A stretch of DNA of 18,835 bases from positions 1 to 18,835 of the forward strand of contig JAYEOM010000005.1 of NCBI GenBank assembly GCA_034722955.1. The letters run 5' to 3'. The notes beneath the pieces were generated by a model. It did not search any database and had not been told where the DNA came from. It saw only the letters and a list, made by a program, of their open reading frames with translations. The position numbers were made by a program, and so were the translations under genes. Origin of the DNA: Campylobacterota bacterium. GTDB lineage: Bacteria; Campylobacterota; Campylobacteria; Campylobacterales; Sulfurovaceae. Positions within the stretch are counted from its first letter, which is position 1, and the number at the start of each line of letters is the position of its first letter. Shown piece by piece: positions 1-7,420 of the stretch.

Positions 1-102
1 GGTTTGTCGTGTGATGCCCACTTGTTTTGCAAGGTCACTCTGGGTTAATCTCTTCTCTCTTCTAGCCGTTTTTACTAGTGCACCTATCTCATAGAATTCC
101 AT
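1..102 (-). CDS. XRE/Cro-family helix-turn-helix protein, HipB-like antitoxin (5' part only; runs off the window edge)
   Basis: Not in the ORF track. Manual translation from ATG at 102 gives MEFYEIGALVKTARREKRLTQSDLAKQVGITRQT..., which matches the HTH_3 pattern (R..k.LTQ.dLA...Gi.RqT). An AAGGA Shine-Dalgarno lies upstream, and the start overlaps the hipA stop (89-91) by 14 nt. Confidence 0.88.
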   Translation of the reverse strand, partial: MEFYEIGALVKTARREKRLTQSDLAKQVGITRQT

Positions 103-942
103 CAGATATATCCTTATAGGTTTTTATACTATTTTGATCGAGTGAGAAATTAAGTATCTTCACAAATTTTTCAGAAAAATCTTGAAAGTCTCTATTCTCC
201 TTAGCATACTCTACTATATCTTTTTGTATAGTTTCAATAGCACTTACGCATTTTGCATAACAAGCCTCTGCCTCTTTTTGATTAAGTAGACAATATTTTT
301 GTCCAAATATTAGTAATTCATCCTTAGAGAACCATATTTTTTTACCTTGTAGCGTTAGGGCAGGCTTAGCTTTCGGCAAATAGATGTTTGTGCAAACCAC
401 ATCATATGCAGGAGCAAGAAAACGATTTTGTATCCCTGCTTCGTAGAGTATGCCAAAGTTTTTTAAGTGTGCATCTCCATTTTTAAGCATATAATTCATC
501 ACTGTCATTTTAAAAAACTGCTCTAAATCTTCCTCTTTTTGGGTTGATATTTTTGCAATTGCTTTTGCTATCTGCTCATATGAACCATAATACTTTTTCT
601 CTTTGTTGTATCCAAAAAGGACACAAAATTCTTCAAAAGCATAAAAATCATCTTTCTCTTTTTTATATGTAAATTTTTTTTTAGAAAGATATGTAAGTAG
701 TGTATAGTTATCTAGCTTGCCATGCTCTTTAGCAAGTAAACTCTTAAAACCTCAAACAAGTACCCTTCTGGCATATGCATATCAAAAATAGGGTGTAGAT
801 GGTAGTAAGATGTGTAGCTTTTACTGCTGTATGGCATAGTAAGAGAGATAGGATTATCATGTGTATAATTGAAGATAAGCTCATGACTATCTTCATTATA
901 ACTCAAGTTACCTGCATCAGATTTATTTGCAAAAATATTCAT
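89..942 (-). pseudogene. hipA: HipA-family Ser/Thr kinase toxin, disrupted by a frameshift near 746-751 and a probable large in-frame internal deletion near 674-685
   Basis: ORF 712..942 encodes a HipA N-terminal (Couple_hipA-like) domain (ISLTMP...LHPIFDMHMPEGYL). A second frame is open from 751 to 89: FKSLLAKEHGKLDNYTLLTYLS|KKKFTY...FEEFC...KYYGSYEQI...NGDAHLKNFG...LAPAYDVV, which contains the HipA catalytic and Mg-binding motifs. The total is about 285 codons, and no ISG.Q.K ATP-binding loop is visible. Confidence 0.85.
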
Positions 943-952
943 ATCGTGTACC

Positions 953-976
953 TATTGTTAATATTGATTAACAATA
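953..976. promoter_or_regulatory. Inverted-repeat operator upstream of hipA, likely the antitoxin binding site
   Basis: Perfect 10-bp inverted repeat TATTGTTAAT-attg-ATTAACAATA ending 10 nt upstream of the hipA ATG. It overlaps the predicted -10 element and transcription start. Confidence 0.65.
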
Positions 977-1001
977 TATCATTTTTTATATAAAATGTAA
1001 A
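973..1001 (-). promoter_or_regulatory. Sigma70-type promoter of the hipA-HTH operon
   Basis: Minus strand reads TTTACA (1001-996), a 17-nt spacer, then TATATT (978-973). An extended -10 TGn lies at 981-979. Confidence 0.6.
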
Positions 1002-1013
1002 GTATTATTAACT
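996..1013. promoter_or_regulatory. Second, degenerate operator copy overlapping the -35
   Basis: TGTAAAGTATTATTAACT matches the core of the first operator (TGTTAATATTGATTAACA, 956-973) at 12 of 18 positions. Matches concentrate in the arms, and the copy sits exactly 40 nt away. Confidence 0.45.
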
Positions 1014-1017
1014 TTTG

Positions 1018-1044
1018 CTCATTCCCACCGAGGAGGGAAACGAG
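1018..1044. repeat. GC-rich imperfect hairpin, possibly a degenerate REP-like palindromic element or terminator
   Basis: CTCATTCCC-accgagga-GGGAAACGAG is a GC-rich island in very AT-rich intergenic DNA, and its arms pair with a mismatch/bulge. Confidence 0.4.
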
Positions 1045-1119
1045 TTAAAATAATTATTTTTTGATAAAATCTTTGAAAGTATGGTTTTTGTGGGGTTTTA
1101 TTTTTGGGAGAATCCTAAG

Positions 1120-1196
1120 TGGTACACCCAACAGGATTCGAACCTGTGACCTTCGGTACCGCAAACCGATGCTCTATCCAGCTGAGCCATGAGTGC
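1120..1196 (-). tRNA. tRNA-Arg, anticodon GCG
   Basis: Reverse complement is GCACTCATGGCTCAGCTGGATAGAGCATCGGTTTGCGGTACCGAAGGTCACAGGTTCGAATCCTGTTGGGTGTACCA (77 nt). It has a 7-bp acceptor stem, D-arm GCTC/GAGC, anticodon stem TCGGT/ACCGA with loop TTGCGGT, T-loop TTCGAAT and an encoded CCA. Confidence 0.97.
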
Positions 1197-1214
1197 ACTA
1201 TATGTGAAGGTCGC

Positions 1215-1243
1215 ATTTTAGCGAAAAATACCTTATTTTGCAA
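1215..1243 (-). promoter_or_regulatory. Sigma70 promoter of tRNA-Arg
   Basis: Minus strand reads TTGCAA (1243-1238), a 17-nt spacer, then TAAAAT (1220-1215), followed by the GC-rich discriminator GCGACC typical of stable-RNA promoters. The -35 lies inside the last codons of ung. Confidence 0.65.
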
Positions 1244-1937
1244 GCAGATTCATAGAACCAAAGAGATTTAATGCACTTTTATTGGATATAAAGGTGTGAT
1301 TGTAGGGGTGCTCTAGCTCTATGGATTGAAATTTTTCGATCTCCTTTAGTTTTTTTAGTGCTTTGGCATGGGTGCCAAAGAGGATGAGTGTAGGGTTGAT
1401 CTCTTGCATCTGGGATAAGAGCATTTCGACAAAAGGTTTCCAAGCATTGATATGTTTTCGGCTCTCCTCTTTGGAGCTAAATATGAGAGCTGTGTTGAGA
1501 AGCAGTACACCATTTTGTTCAAAATTCTCTTTGAGCTGATGGATACTGGTGATAAGATCATCTTTGTTTATATTGCTGATGGCCTCTTGTGAAGTATCAT
1601 TGATATCTAGATTACCTCTTGCCACTAGTGCCATTTTGATGAAATTTCTTAGGCTAGTCGCACGGTTTACTGGTTTACTCAAGCCGCTACTGCTAAAGAT
1701 ATCATCAACCTTGCCATCGATAAAGGCATACCCTATAGCACTCTCTACTCTAGGGTATGGGTCTTGACCAAAGAGAATATATCGTACCCTCTCTCTGGGT
1801 AGAGTCCTAAATGCATTAAAGTAGTTCTCTCTATTTGGGAAATAGTTTTGATCTGACTCAAGATACTCTCTGTAGGTTTGGGATAGCTGACCGTAGGAGG
1901 ATAGTAGTGTCTCTCGCCAGCTAGGGTCTACACTCAA
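1233..1937 (-). CDS. ung: Uracil-DNA glycosylase, family 1-like (atypical subgroup)
   Basis: 234 aa. Motif A is GQDPYP, GVLLLN is present, and motif B has the His in EHPYN. The TTG start overlaps the mqnP TGA (TTGA). Confidence 0.85.
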   Translation of the reverse strand: MSVDPSWRETLLSSYGQLSQTYREYLESDQNYFPNRENYFNAFRTLPRERVRYILFGQDPYPRVESAIGYAFIDGKVDDIFSSSGLSKPVNRATSLRNFIKMALVARGNLDINDTSQEAISNINKDDLITSIHQLKENFEQNGVLLLNTALIFSSKEESRKHINAWKPFVEMLLSQMQEINPTLILFGTHAKALKKLKEIEKFQSIELEHPYNHTFISNKSALNLFGSMNLLAK

Positions 1938-2797
1938 ATCATGCCTGCTATGATGATCAATAGAAAAACAAATCCCAAGTAGCCATTGACAGTAAAGAAA
2001 GCTTTGTCGATCTTGGTGAAATCTCCAGAGACTAGATAGTGTTCATAGATCAATAGCATAGCACTTACTATCACTGCAAGAGTACCAAAACTACCTACCC
2101 CTGATGGTGCTACGAAGAGTCCCCAAAAGATAATAGCAAGCAGGTGAGAGACTCTAGCAAGCATCATAGTTTTTTTGGGACCTAGCTTGGAGGGTATAGA
2201 GTGCAGACCGTGAGCTTTGTCAAACTCTATATCCTGGAGTGAGTAGAGTAGATCAAAACCAGCTACCCAAAACATAACACCTGCCCCTAGGTATATAGAC
2301 CAAAGAGGGATCGTACCCAACACTGCAATAGCTCCAGCTATGGGTGCAAGACCCAAACTCAACCCCAAAACCAGATGTGCAGCGGCACTAAAGCGCTTGA
2401 AGTAGGTGTAGGCTCCGAGTATAGCCAATATAGGTATGGAGAGTATAAATGATAGAGTATTTATAAAAAATGCTGTTATTATAAAGAGAAGAGCATTGCT
2501 AACAATAAAAATCTTCATCTGCTTCTCACTCACTCTACCATCAACCGAAGGTCTGTTTTTGGTGCGTGGATTTAGAATATCTATATCCATATCCAGATAG
2601 CGGTTGACACCCATCGCAAAATTTCTTGCACTGATTGTCGCTACAATACCCAAAAGAAACAGCCTCCATCCAAACCATCCATGTGCAGCTACCAACATAG
2701 ATATAAAGATAAATGGCAGAGAGAATAGAGTATGTTTGAACATTACCAACTCTGAAAATTGATTGAATTTCTCCAATATCTTATCATACTTCGACAC
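1934..2797 (-). CDS. mqnP: UbiA-family polyprenyltransferase of the futalosine menaquinone pathway (MqnP)
   Basis: 287-aa multi-TM protein with MFKHTLFSLPF, ARNFAMGVNRYLDMDID..NPRTKNRP, GFDLLYSLQDIEFD...GLHSIP and AFFTVNG. GTG start with an AGGAG SD. Confidence 0.88.
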   Translation of the reverse strand: MSKYDKILEKFNQFSELVMFKHTLFSLPFIFISMLVAAHGWFGWRLFLLGIVATISARNFAMGVNRYLDMDIDILNPRTKNRPSVDGRVSEKQMKIFIVSNALLFIITAFFINTLSFILSIPILAILGAYTYFKRFSAAAHLVLGLSLGLAPIAGAIAVLGTIPLWSIYLGAGVMFWVAGFDLLYSLQDIEFDKAHGLHSIPSKLGPKKTMMLARVSHLLAIIFWGLFVAPSGVGSFGTLAVIVSAMLLIYEHYLVSGDFTKIDKAFFTVNGYLGFVFLLIIIAGMI

Positions 2798-2809
2798 TCT
2801 ATTATCTCC

Positions 2810-3370
2810 TTATGGGTGTTTTATCTTTATTTTGCTATTTAATGCCCAAGCGATCACCAGTACCATAGCTGCGATCACATAAGGATTTGGGATCAATGCG
2901 TAACTATATATGAGATAGAGTATCCATAGCAGTATAGCACCTAGTGGGGTAGGTACACCCTCAAAATAGTTGGCTACCTCTCCTGCATCTACTTTGAGAT
3001 TGAACTCGATCAAGCGTCTCAATCCACTGATGATATAAAAGATAAAGATAACCCCGACTATTATCTCCCCTATGCCACCAAGCCCACTGCCCCCTCGCAG
3101 TGCATAAAAGAGCAGAAAAGATGGCATAACAACAAAAGAGATGAAGTCTGCAAAACTATCAAGCTGTACCCCAAACTCTGTAGATAGATTATACTTTCTA
3201 GCCACCTTGCCATCTGCTATATCCAATGCACCTGCAATCCAAGCCAATACAATAGCAACAAAAAAGTTACCCTGCACGATAAAATAGATAGCGATAACAC
3301 CTGCTACAATATTGCCAAATGATATAATATTTGCAGCATTAAAACGGTTGTTCTTCTCAAATAGTCTCAT
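2810..3370 (-). CDS. CDP-alcohol phosphatidyltransferase, PssA (phosphatidylserine synthase type II)-like
   Basis: Signature DxxDGxxAR-x8-GxxxDxxxD (DIADGKVARKYNLSTEFGVQLDSFAD), a PssA-like FEGVPTP motif and hydrophobic helices. ATG at 3370 is preferred over GTG at 3376 because of the AGGA SD spacing. Confidence 0.82.
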   Translation of the reverse strand: MRLFEKNNRFNAANIISFGNIVAGVIAIYFIVQGNFFVAIVLAWIAGALDIADGKVARKYNLSTEFGVQLDSFADFISFVVMPSFLLFYALRGGSGLGGIGEIIVGVIFIFYIISGLRRLIEFNLKVDAGEVANYFEGVPTPLGAILLWILYLIYSYALIPNPYVIAAMVLVIAWALNSKIKIKHP

Positions 3371-3388
3371 AAGCACACTTCCTAAAAA

Positions 3389-3402
3389 ATTATACTATTT
3401 TA
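3389..3402 (-). promoter_or_regulatory. Candidate -10 element(s) for the pssA-like/mqnP/ung unit
   Basis: Minus strand reads ggTAAAATagTATAAT, giving two adjacent -10-like hexamers (3402-3397 and 3394-3389) just upstream of the SD. Confidence 0.45.
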
Positions 3403-3434
3403 CCTTTTTTTAGTATCAATCTTCTTTATTATTG

Positions 3435-3440
3435 TATGAT
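3435..3440 (+). promoter_or_regulatory. Candidate -10 element for miaA (leaderless start)
   Basis: TATGAT is followed by 6 nt and then the ATG at 3447. No SD-like purine tract lies upstream. Confidence 0.45.
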
Positions 3441-3446
3441 TGCATT

Positions 3447-4364
3447 ATGAATGATCAGATAAGACAGATTGCCATTATCGGACCTACAGCATCGGGCAAG
3501 AGTGGATTGGCGGTGAAGATAGCAAAGAGTTACAGTGCCATCATCCTATCTCTTGATTCACTCTCTATCTACAAAGAGATAGATATCGCCTCTGCCAAGC
3601 CAACCAAGCAAGATAGAGATGGTATCTCTCACTATGGTATAGATGTTATCTACCCAGATGAATCTTTTGATGTTACTATGTTCTCAAAACTTTATCTACA
3701 AGCTTACGCAAAAGCAGAGAGCCAGAGAAAAAACTTGATCATAGTAGGTGGTACTGGATTTTATCTCAAGAGTTTAATGGATGGTATTTCGACTCTGCCG
3801 CTGCTGAGTAGATCCCAAAAAGATAGAGTAGATACCATGATGGCAAATCCCCCAAAAGCGTATGAGATGCTCCTGACACTTGATCCCCTCTATATGAGAA
3901 ACATAGCCTCTAGTGACAGATATCGTATAGAGAAGGCGTTGAGTATACTGTTTGCTACAGAGCAGATACCATCTCAATACTTTGGAGCTCATCCACCTAT
4001 ACCGACTATAGCAGGTCAACTTCCAATCTATCGTATAGTTACAGATAGAGGAGTGTTGAGAAGTCGTATTGCTGCAAGAACCAAGCAGATGATCAAGATG
4101 GGTTTGATCGATGAGATAAGCTATCTCGAACAAAAATATAGTCGCAAACCTAACTGTATGAAAGCTATAGGGGTTAAAGAGACTCTTGATTTTTTAGATG
4201 GGAGATACGATAGAGCCGGTCTGGAAGAGAAGATTATAACCAATACAGCACGACTTGCCAAGAGACAAACTACATTTAATAGATCACAATTTAAAAGTCA
4301 TATATCACTTGAGATTGAAACTTTAGAGAAGAAGATTATAGAAGATATAGAGAAGAGACCTTAA
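3447..4364 (+). CDS. miaA: tRNA (adenosine(37)-N6)-dimethylallyltransferase
   Basis: P-loop GPTASGKS, SLDSLSIYKEIDIASAKP, VGGTGFY, KAIGVKE and LAKRQTTF. ATG 3447 is chosen over TTG 3432 because the P-loop normally sits about 10 residues from the N-terminus. Confidence 0.95.
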   Translation: MNDQIRQIAIIGPTASGKSGLAVKIAKSYSAIILSLDSLSIYKEIDIASAKPTKQDRDGISHYGIDVIYPDESFDVTMFSKLYLQAYAKAESQRKNLIIVGGTGFYLKSLMDGISTLPLLSRSQKDRVDTMMANPPKAYEMLLTLDPLYMRNIASSDRYRIEKALSILFATEQIPSQYFGAHPPIPTIAGQLPIYRIVTDRGVLRSRIAARTKQMIKMGLIDEISYLEQKYSRKPNCMKAIGVKETLDFLDGRYDRAGLEEKIITNTARLAKRQTTFNRSQFKSHISLEIETLEKKIIEDIEKRP

Positions 4365-4378
4365 GGGATCTCTTCTCT
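4349..4378. terminator. Hairpin between convergent miaA and nuoN, putative bidirectional terminator
   Basis: Perfect 10-bp stem AGAGAAGAGA (4349-4358) / TCTCTTCTCT (4369-4378), with the miaA stop TAA in the loop. U-tracts are weak on both strands. Confidence 0.6.
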
Positions 4379-4392
4379 TGCATAACAGAAGG

Positions 4393-5883
4393 TCAATACC
4401 CGCTTGCACTCACCATATAATATATATAAGAGATAAGTGGTTGCATTATAAAGACTGAACCAACTGTCGCAACAACTGCTATACCAACTATAGTCATCAG
4501 AGGTTTAGACAAGTTATAGATAGTTGTGCCATCATTATCTTCTGGCGGAAGAAGGAACATATAGACAATCAGCTTTAGATAGTAATAGGCAGCTATAGCT
4601 GAATTGAGTCCCATTACAACTGCCAACCAGATGTATCCTGCATCTACAGCAGCACTCATGATATATATCTTACCCCAGAATACCGAGAAGGGAGGTACGC
4701 CTGCTAGGGATAGCATAAAGAGTGCCATCACTACAGCTGCCATCGGCATGAGCTTGATAAGACCTGCAAACTTTTCATAAGGGTGGTCATATCTCTCATG
4801 GAAGATTCTGTTTTTATGGCGACTGATCCAGAGCATAGTAAAGGCTCCTAGATTCGTAAACATAAAGAGAGCATAATATAGGAATATCCCTGTATTACCC
4901 TTTGTAGTATCTAGTGCCAATGCTGCCATGACAAATCCAGCATGTGAGATTGAACTATATGCTAGCATTCTCTTGACATCCTCTTGTACCAATGCCATCA
5001 TATTGGCTAGTGTCATTGTGGCTACTGCTAGTATCAATATAGCTATTCTCACCCACTCGATACCTAGATCAATATACATACCAAAGATACGCATAGCAAC
5101 AACAAATGCTGCTACTTTTGGCACAACAGACATATATCCGGCAAGTGGTGCACTTGCACCCTCATAGACATCCGGTGTCCAAGTGTGGAATGGAAATAGC
5201 GAGAGTTTGAAAGCAAAAGCAGCCAACAGAAGAACTGAGCCACCAAGAATTGCGATCATAATACCAGGCTCATTGATACGACTCTGAAGTACATCTGCAA
5301 CTTGATATAGCTCAACACTACCGGTCAATGCATAGATAACAGCAGAACCCATCACATAGAAACCAGCTGCCAAAGCACCCATCGTAAAGTACTTGACTGC
5401 TGCCTCATATGAGTTGCTTCTATTGTGCAGTGCAATAAGCGTATAGAGTGAAAGCGATGCTGTCTCTATCCCTACAAATATGAGGATAAGATTGTCACTT
5501 GCAACCATAAACTGGAAGCCTGCTATCATGAATAGAAAGAGTGCAAAGAACTCAGGATAAGAGTATTCATGGAAACGCTTTGATGTCAATGCCAACGGGA
5601 TGAAGAGCATAGAGGCAGCCAAAATCAACAACTGTGATACGATCGCTATACCGTCAACCAACATAACATCAAAAAAACCTCTCTCATTGATATTGAGTCC
5701 CAGTACAGAACCAAAATCAACAAAAAGAATCAAGATTGTCAACATTACATAAAGAGATTTATGTAATCCCCCTTTAATCAGATCAATGATCAAAATGATC
5801 AATCCACCAACAATTGCTATAAGCATTGGCGCTAGTGTAATCATATTTAGGGAAGCTAAACTTATACTGATAGGCTCTAACAT
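4393..5883 (-). CDS. nuoN: NADH-quinone oxidoreductase subunit N
   Basis: 496-aa antiporter-like subunit with EAAVKYF, FKLSLFPFHTWTPDVYEGA, KRMLAYSSISHAG and SLAGVPP. It is the last gene of the operon. Confidence 0.96.
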   Translation of the reverse strand: MLEPISISLASLNMITLAPMLIAIVGGLIILIIDLIKGGLHKSLYVMLTILILFVDFGSVLGLNINERGFFDVMLVDGIAIVSQLLILAASMLFIPLALTSKRFHEYSYPEFFALFLFMIAGFQFMVASDNLILIFVGIETASLSLYTLIALHNRSNSYEAAVKYFTMGALAAGFYVMGSAVIYALTGSVELYQVADVLQSRINEPGIMIAILGGSVLLLAAFAFKLSLFPFHTWTPDVYEGASAPLAGYMSVVPKVAAFVVAMRIFGMYIDLGIEWVRIAILILAVATMTLANMMALVQEDVKRMLAYSSISHAGFVMAALALDTTKGNTGIFLYYALFMFTNLGAFTMLWISRHKNRIFHERYDHPYEKFAGLIKLMPMAAVVMALFMLSLAGVPPFSVFWGKIYIMSAAVDAGYIWLAVVMGLNSAIAAYYYLKLIVYMFLLPPEDNDGTTIYNLSKPLMTIVGIAVVATVGSVFIMQPLISYIYYMVSASGY

Positions 5884-7409
5884 TATTTTGCCTCCTTTGT
5901 TATAGTACTTACTATGATTCTCTCTTTGGCTTCAGGAGTGATCGCCTTCTCTTCCATGAAACTCAACAAAGCCTTGACACTGTTATCTATGGGGGCAAGT
6001 ACAGGCTTTGGATAGACTCCCAGCCAGATAACTATTGCAACCAAAGGTATCAGTGATGCCATCTCTCTACCATCAAGGTCTTTGAGATTTTTATTTGCCT
6101 CATTTGTTACTGGACCAAAGAAACTTTTTTTGTATAATGACAACATATATATAGCACCAAGAACGATCGTTGTACCTGCTAGGATCGTACCGATCACAGA
6201 GACCTTGTAGAATCCAAGAAGAACAAGGAACTCCCCTACAAAACCAATAGTCAATGGTAACCCGACAGATGCCATCAACATTATTCCATAGATGACAGCA
6301 TACTTAGGCATAACAGCGGCTAAACCACCAAACTCACTCATGAGCTTAGTGTGCCGGCGATCATAAATAACACCAACCAGCATAAACAGTGCACCCGAGA
6401 CAATCCCGTGAGAGAGCATCAAGAAGACAGAACCACTAATACCCTCAGCATTCATCGCAAATGTACCCAATACTATAACACCCATATGTGATACTGAAGA
6501 GTAAGCTATCACCTGTTTCATATCCTCTTGAGCATAAGCTATCATAGCTGTATATATGATCATAATGATCGATATCACAGCGATAGGCATGATCATCATG
6601 ACAGAGGCATCCGGGAAGAGTGGCAATGAAAATCTGACAAACCCATAAGTTCCCATCTTAAGCAGAACTGCTGCTAGGATTACTGAACCTATTGTTGGTG
6701 CCTGACCGTGAGCATATGGCAACCAAGTATGGAAAGGAAACATCGGTACCTTGATGGCAAATCCGACAAAAAAGGCTATAAAGAGCCATAACTGATAATT
6801 GACCGGCAGTACCAACGCATACCAATCCGTAATAGAGAAACTCCATATACCTGAGATACTGTGGTAGAGATATGCCATAAAGAGCATACCTACCAACATG
6901 ATCAATGACCCTGTAAATGTATATAGGAAAAACTTGATTGAAGCATATATCCTGAGAGGTCCGCCCCAAGCACCAATGATATATAGCATAGGCACCAGTG
7001 ATAGTTCCCAAAATAGATAAAAGACGATTGCATCCAAAGCAACAAAAACACCTATCATTGTCATCTCAAGAAAGAGAAGCGATATGATCATATTTTTGAT
7101 ATCTTTTTCGGTACTCATTCCAACCATTCCAACAAGAGTCATCAATGCAGCCATCACTACAATAAAGAGGCTGATTCCATCAACACCCAAATAGTAGTTG
7201 ATACCAAAGTCAGGAACCAAAGGCACTAACTCAACAAACTGCATACCGGCATTGCTGCCATCAAAACTCATCCAAAGCCAAAGAGCCAACAGGAGTTCTA
7301 CAGAAGCTACACTGATACCATAAACTCTCGCACTATCTTTATCGACTACAAAACCCAGCAGTGCTGCAATTGCCGGGAAAAATACTAAAACACTTAATAT
7401 ATTATCCAT
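5883..7409 (-). CDS. nuoM: NADH-quinone oxidoreductase subunit M
   Basis: 508 aa with LGVDGISL, FYLFWE, AIKVPMFPFHTWLPYAHGQAP, LLKMGTYG and IAYSSVSHMG. Its stop overlaps the nuoN ATG (TAATG). Confidence 0.96.
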   Translation of the reverse strand: MDNILSVLVFFPAIAALLGFVVDKDSARVYGISVASVELLLALWLWMSFDGSNAGMQFVELVPLVPDFGINYYLGVDGISLFIVVMAALMTLVGMVGMSTEKDIKNMIISLLFLEMTMIGVFVALDAIVFYLFWELSLVPMLYIIGAWGGPLRIYASIKFFLYTFTGSLIMLVGMLFMAYLYHSISGIWSFSITDWYALVLPVNYQLWLFIAFFVGFAIKVPMFPFHTWLPYAHGQAPTIGSVILAAVLLKMGTYGFVRFSLPLFPDASVMMIMPIAVISIIMIIYTAMIAYAQEDMKQVIAYSSVSHMGVIVLGTFAMNAEGISGSVFLMLSHGIVSGALFMLVGVIYDRRHTKLMSEFGGLAAVMPKYAVIYGIMLMASVGLPLTIGFVGEFLVLLGFYKVSVIGTILAGTTIVLGAIYMLSLYKKSFFGPVTNEANKNLKDLDGREMASLIPLVAIVIWLGVYPKPVLAPIDNSVKALLSFMEEKAITPEAKERIIVSTITKEAK

Positions 7410-7420
7410 CTACCTGCTCC

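Noticed and set aside
89..942. Interpreting ORFs 712..942 and 89..508 as a functional split hipS/hipT-type system or a programmed frameshift
   Set aside because: The downstream part lacks the ATP-binding N-lobe, ATG 508 is mid-domain, and G-GTT-TTA is not a canonical X-XXY-YYZ slippery site. Decay is the simpler explanation.
799..993. 64-aa plus-strand ORF
   Set aside because: It is antisense to the hipA N-terminus and promoter, with no recognisable motif or SD.
1047..1060. Perfect 14-bp palindrome AAAATAATTATTTT
   Set aside because: It is purely A/T in a very AT-rich spacer, so it is likely by chance, and it has no clear associated promoter.
1355..1767. Short ORFs 1355..1561(-) and 1549..1767(+)
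   Set aside because: They are alternative-frame or antisense shadows inside ung, with no motifs.
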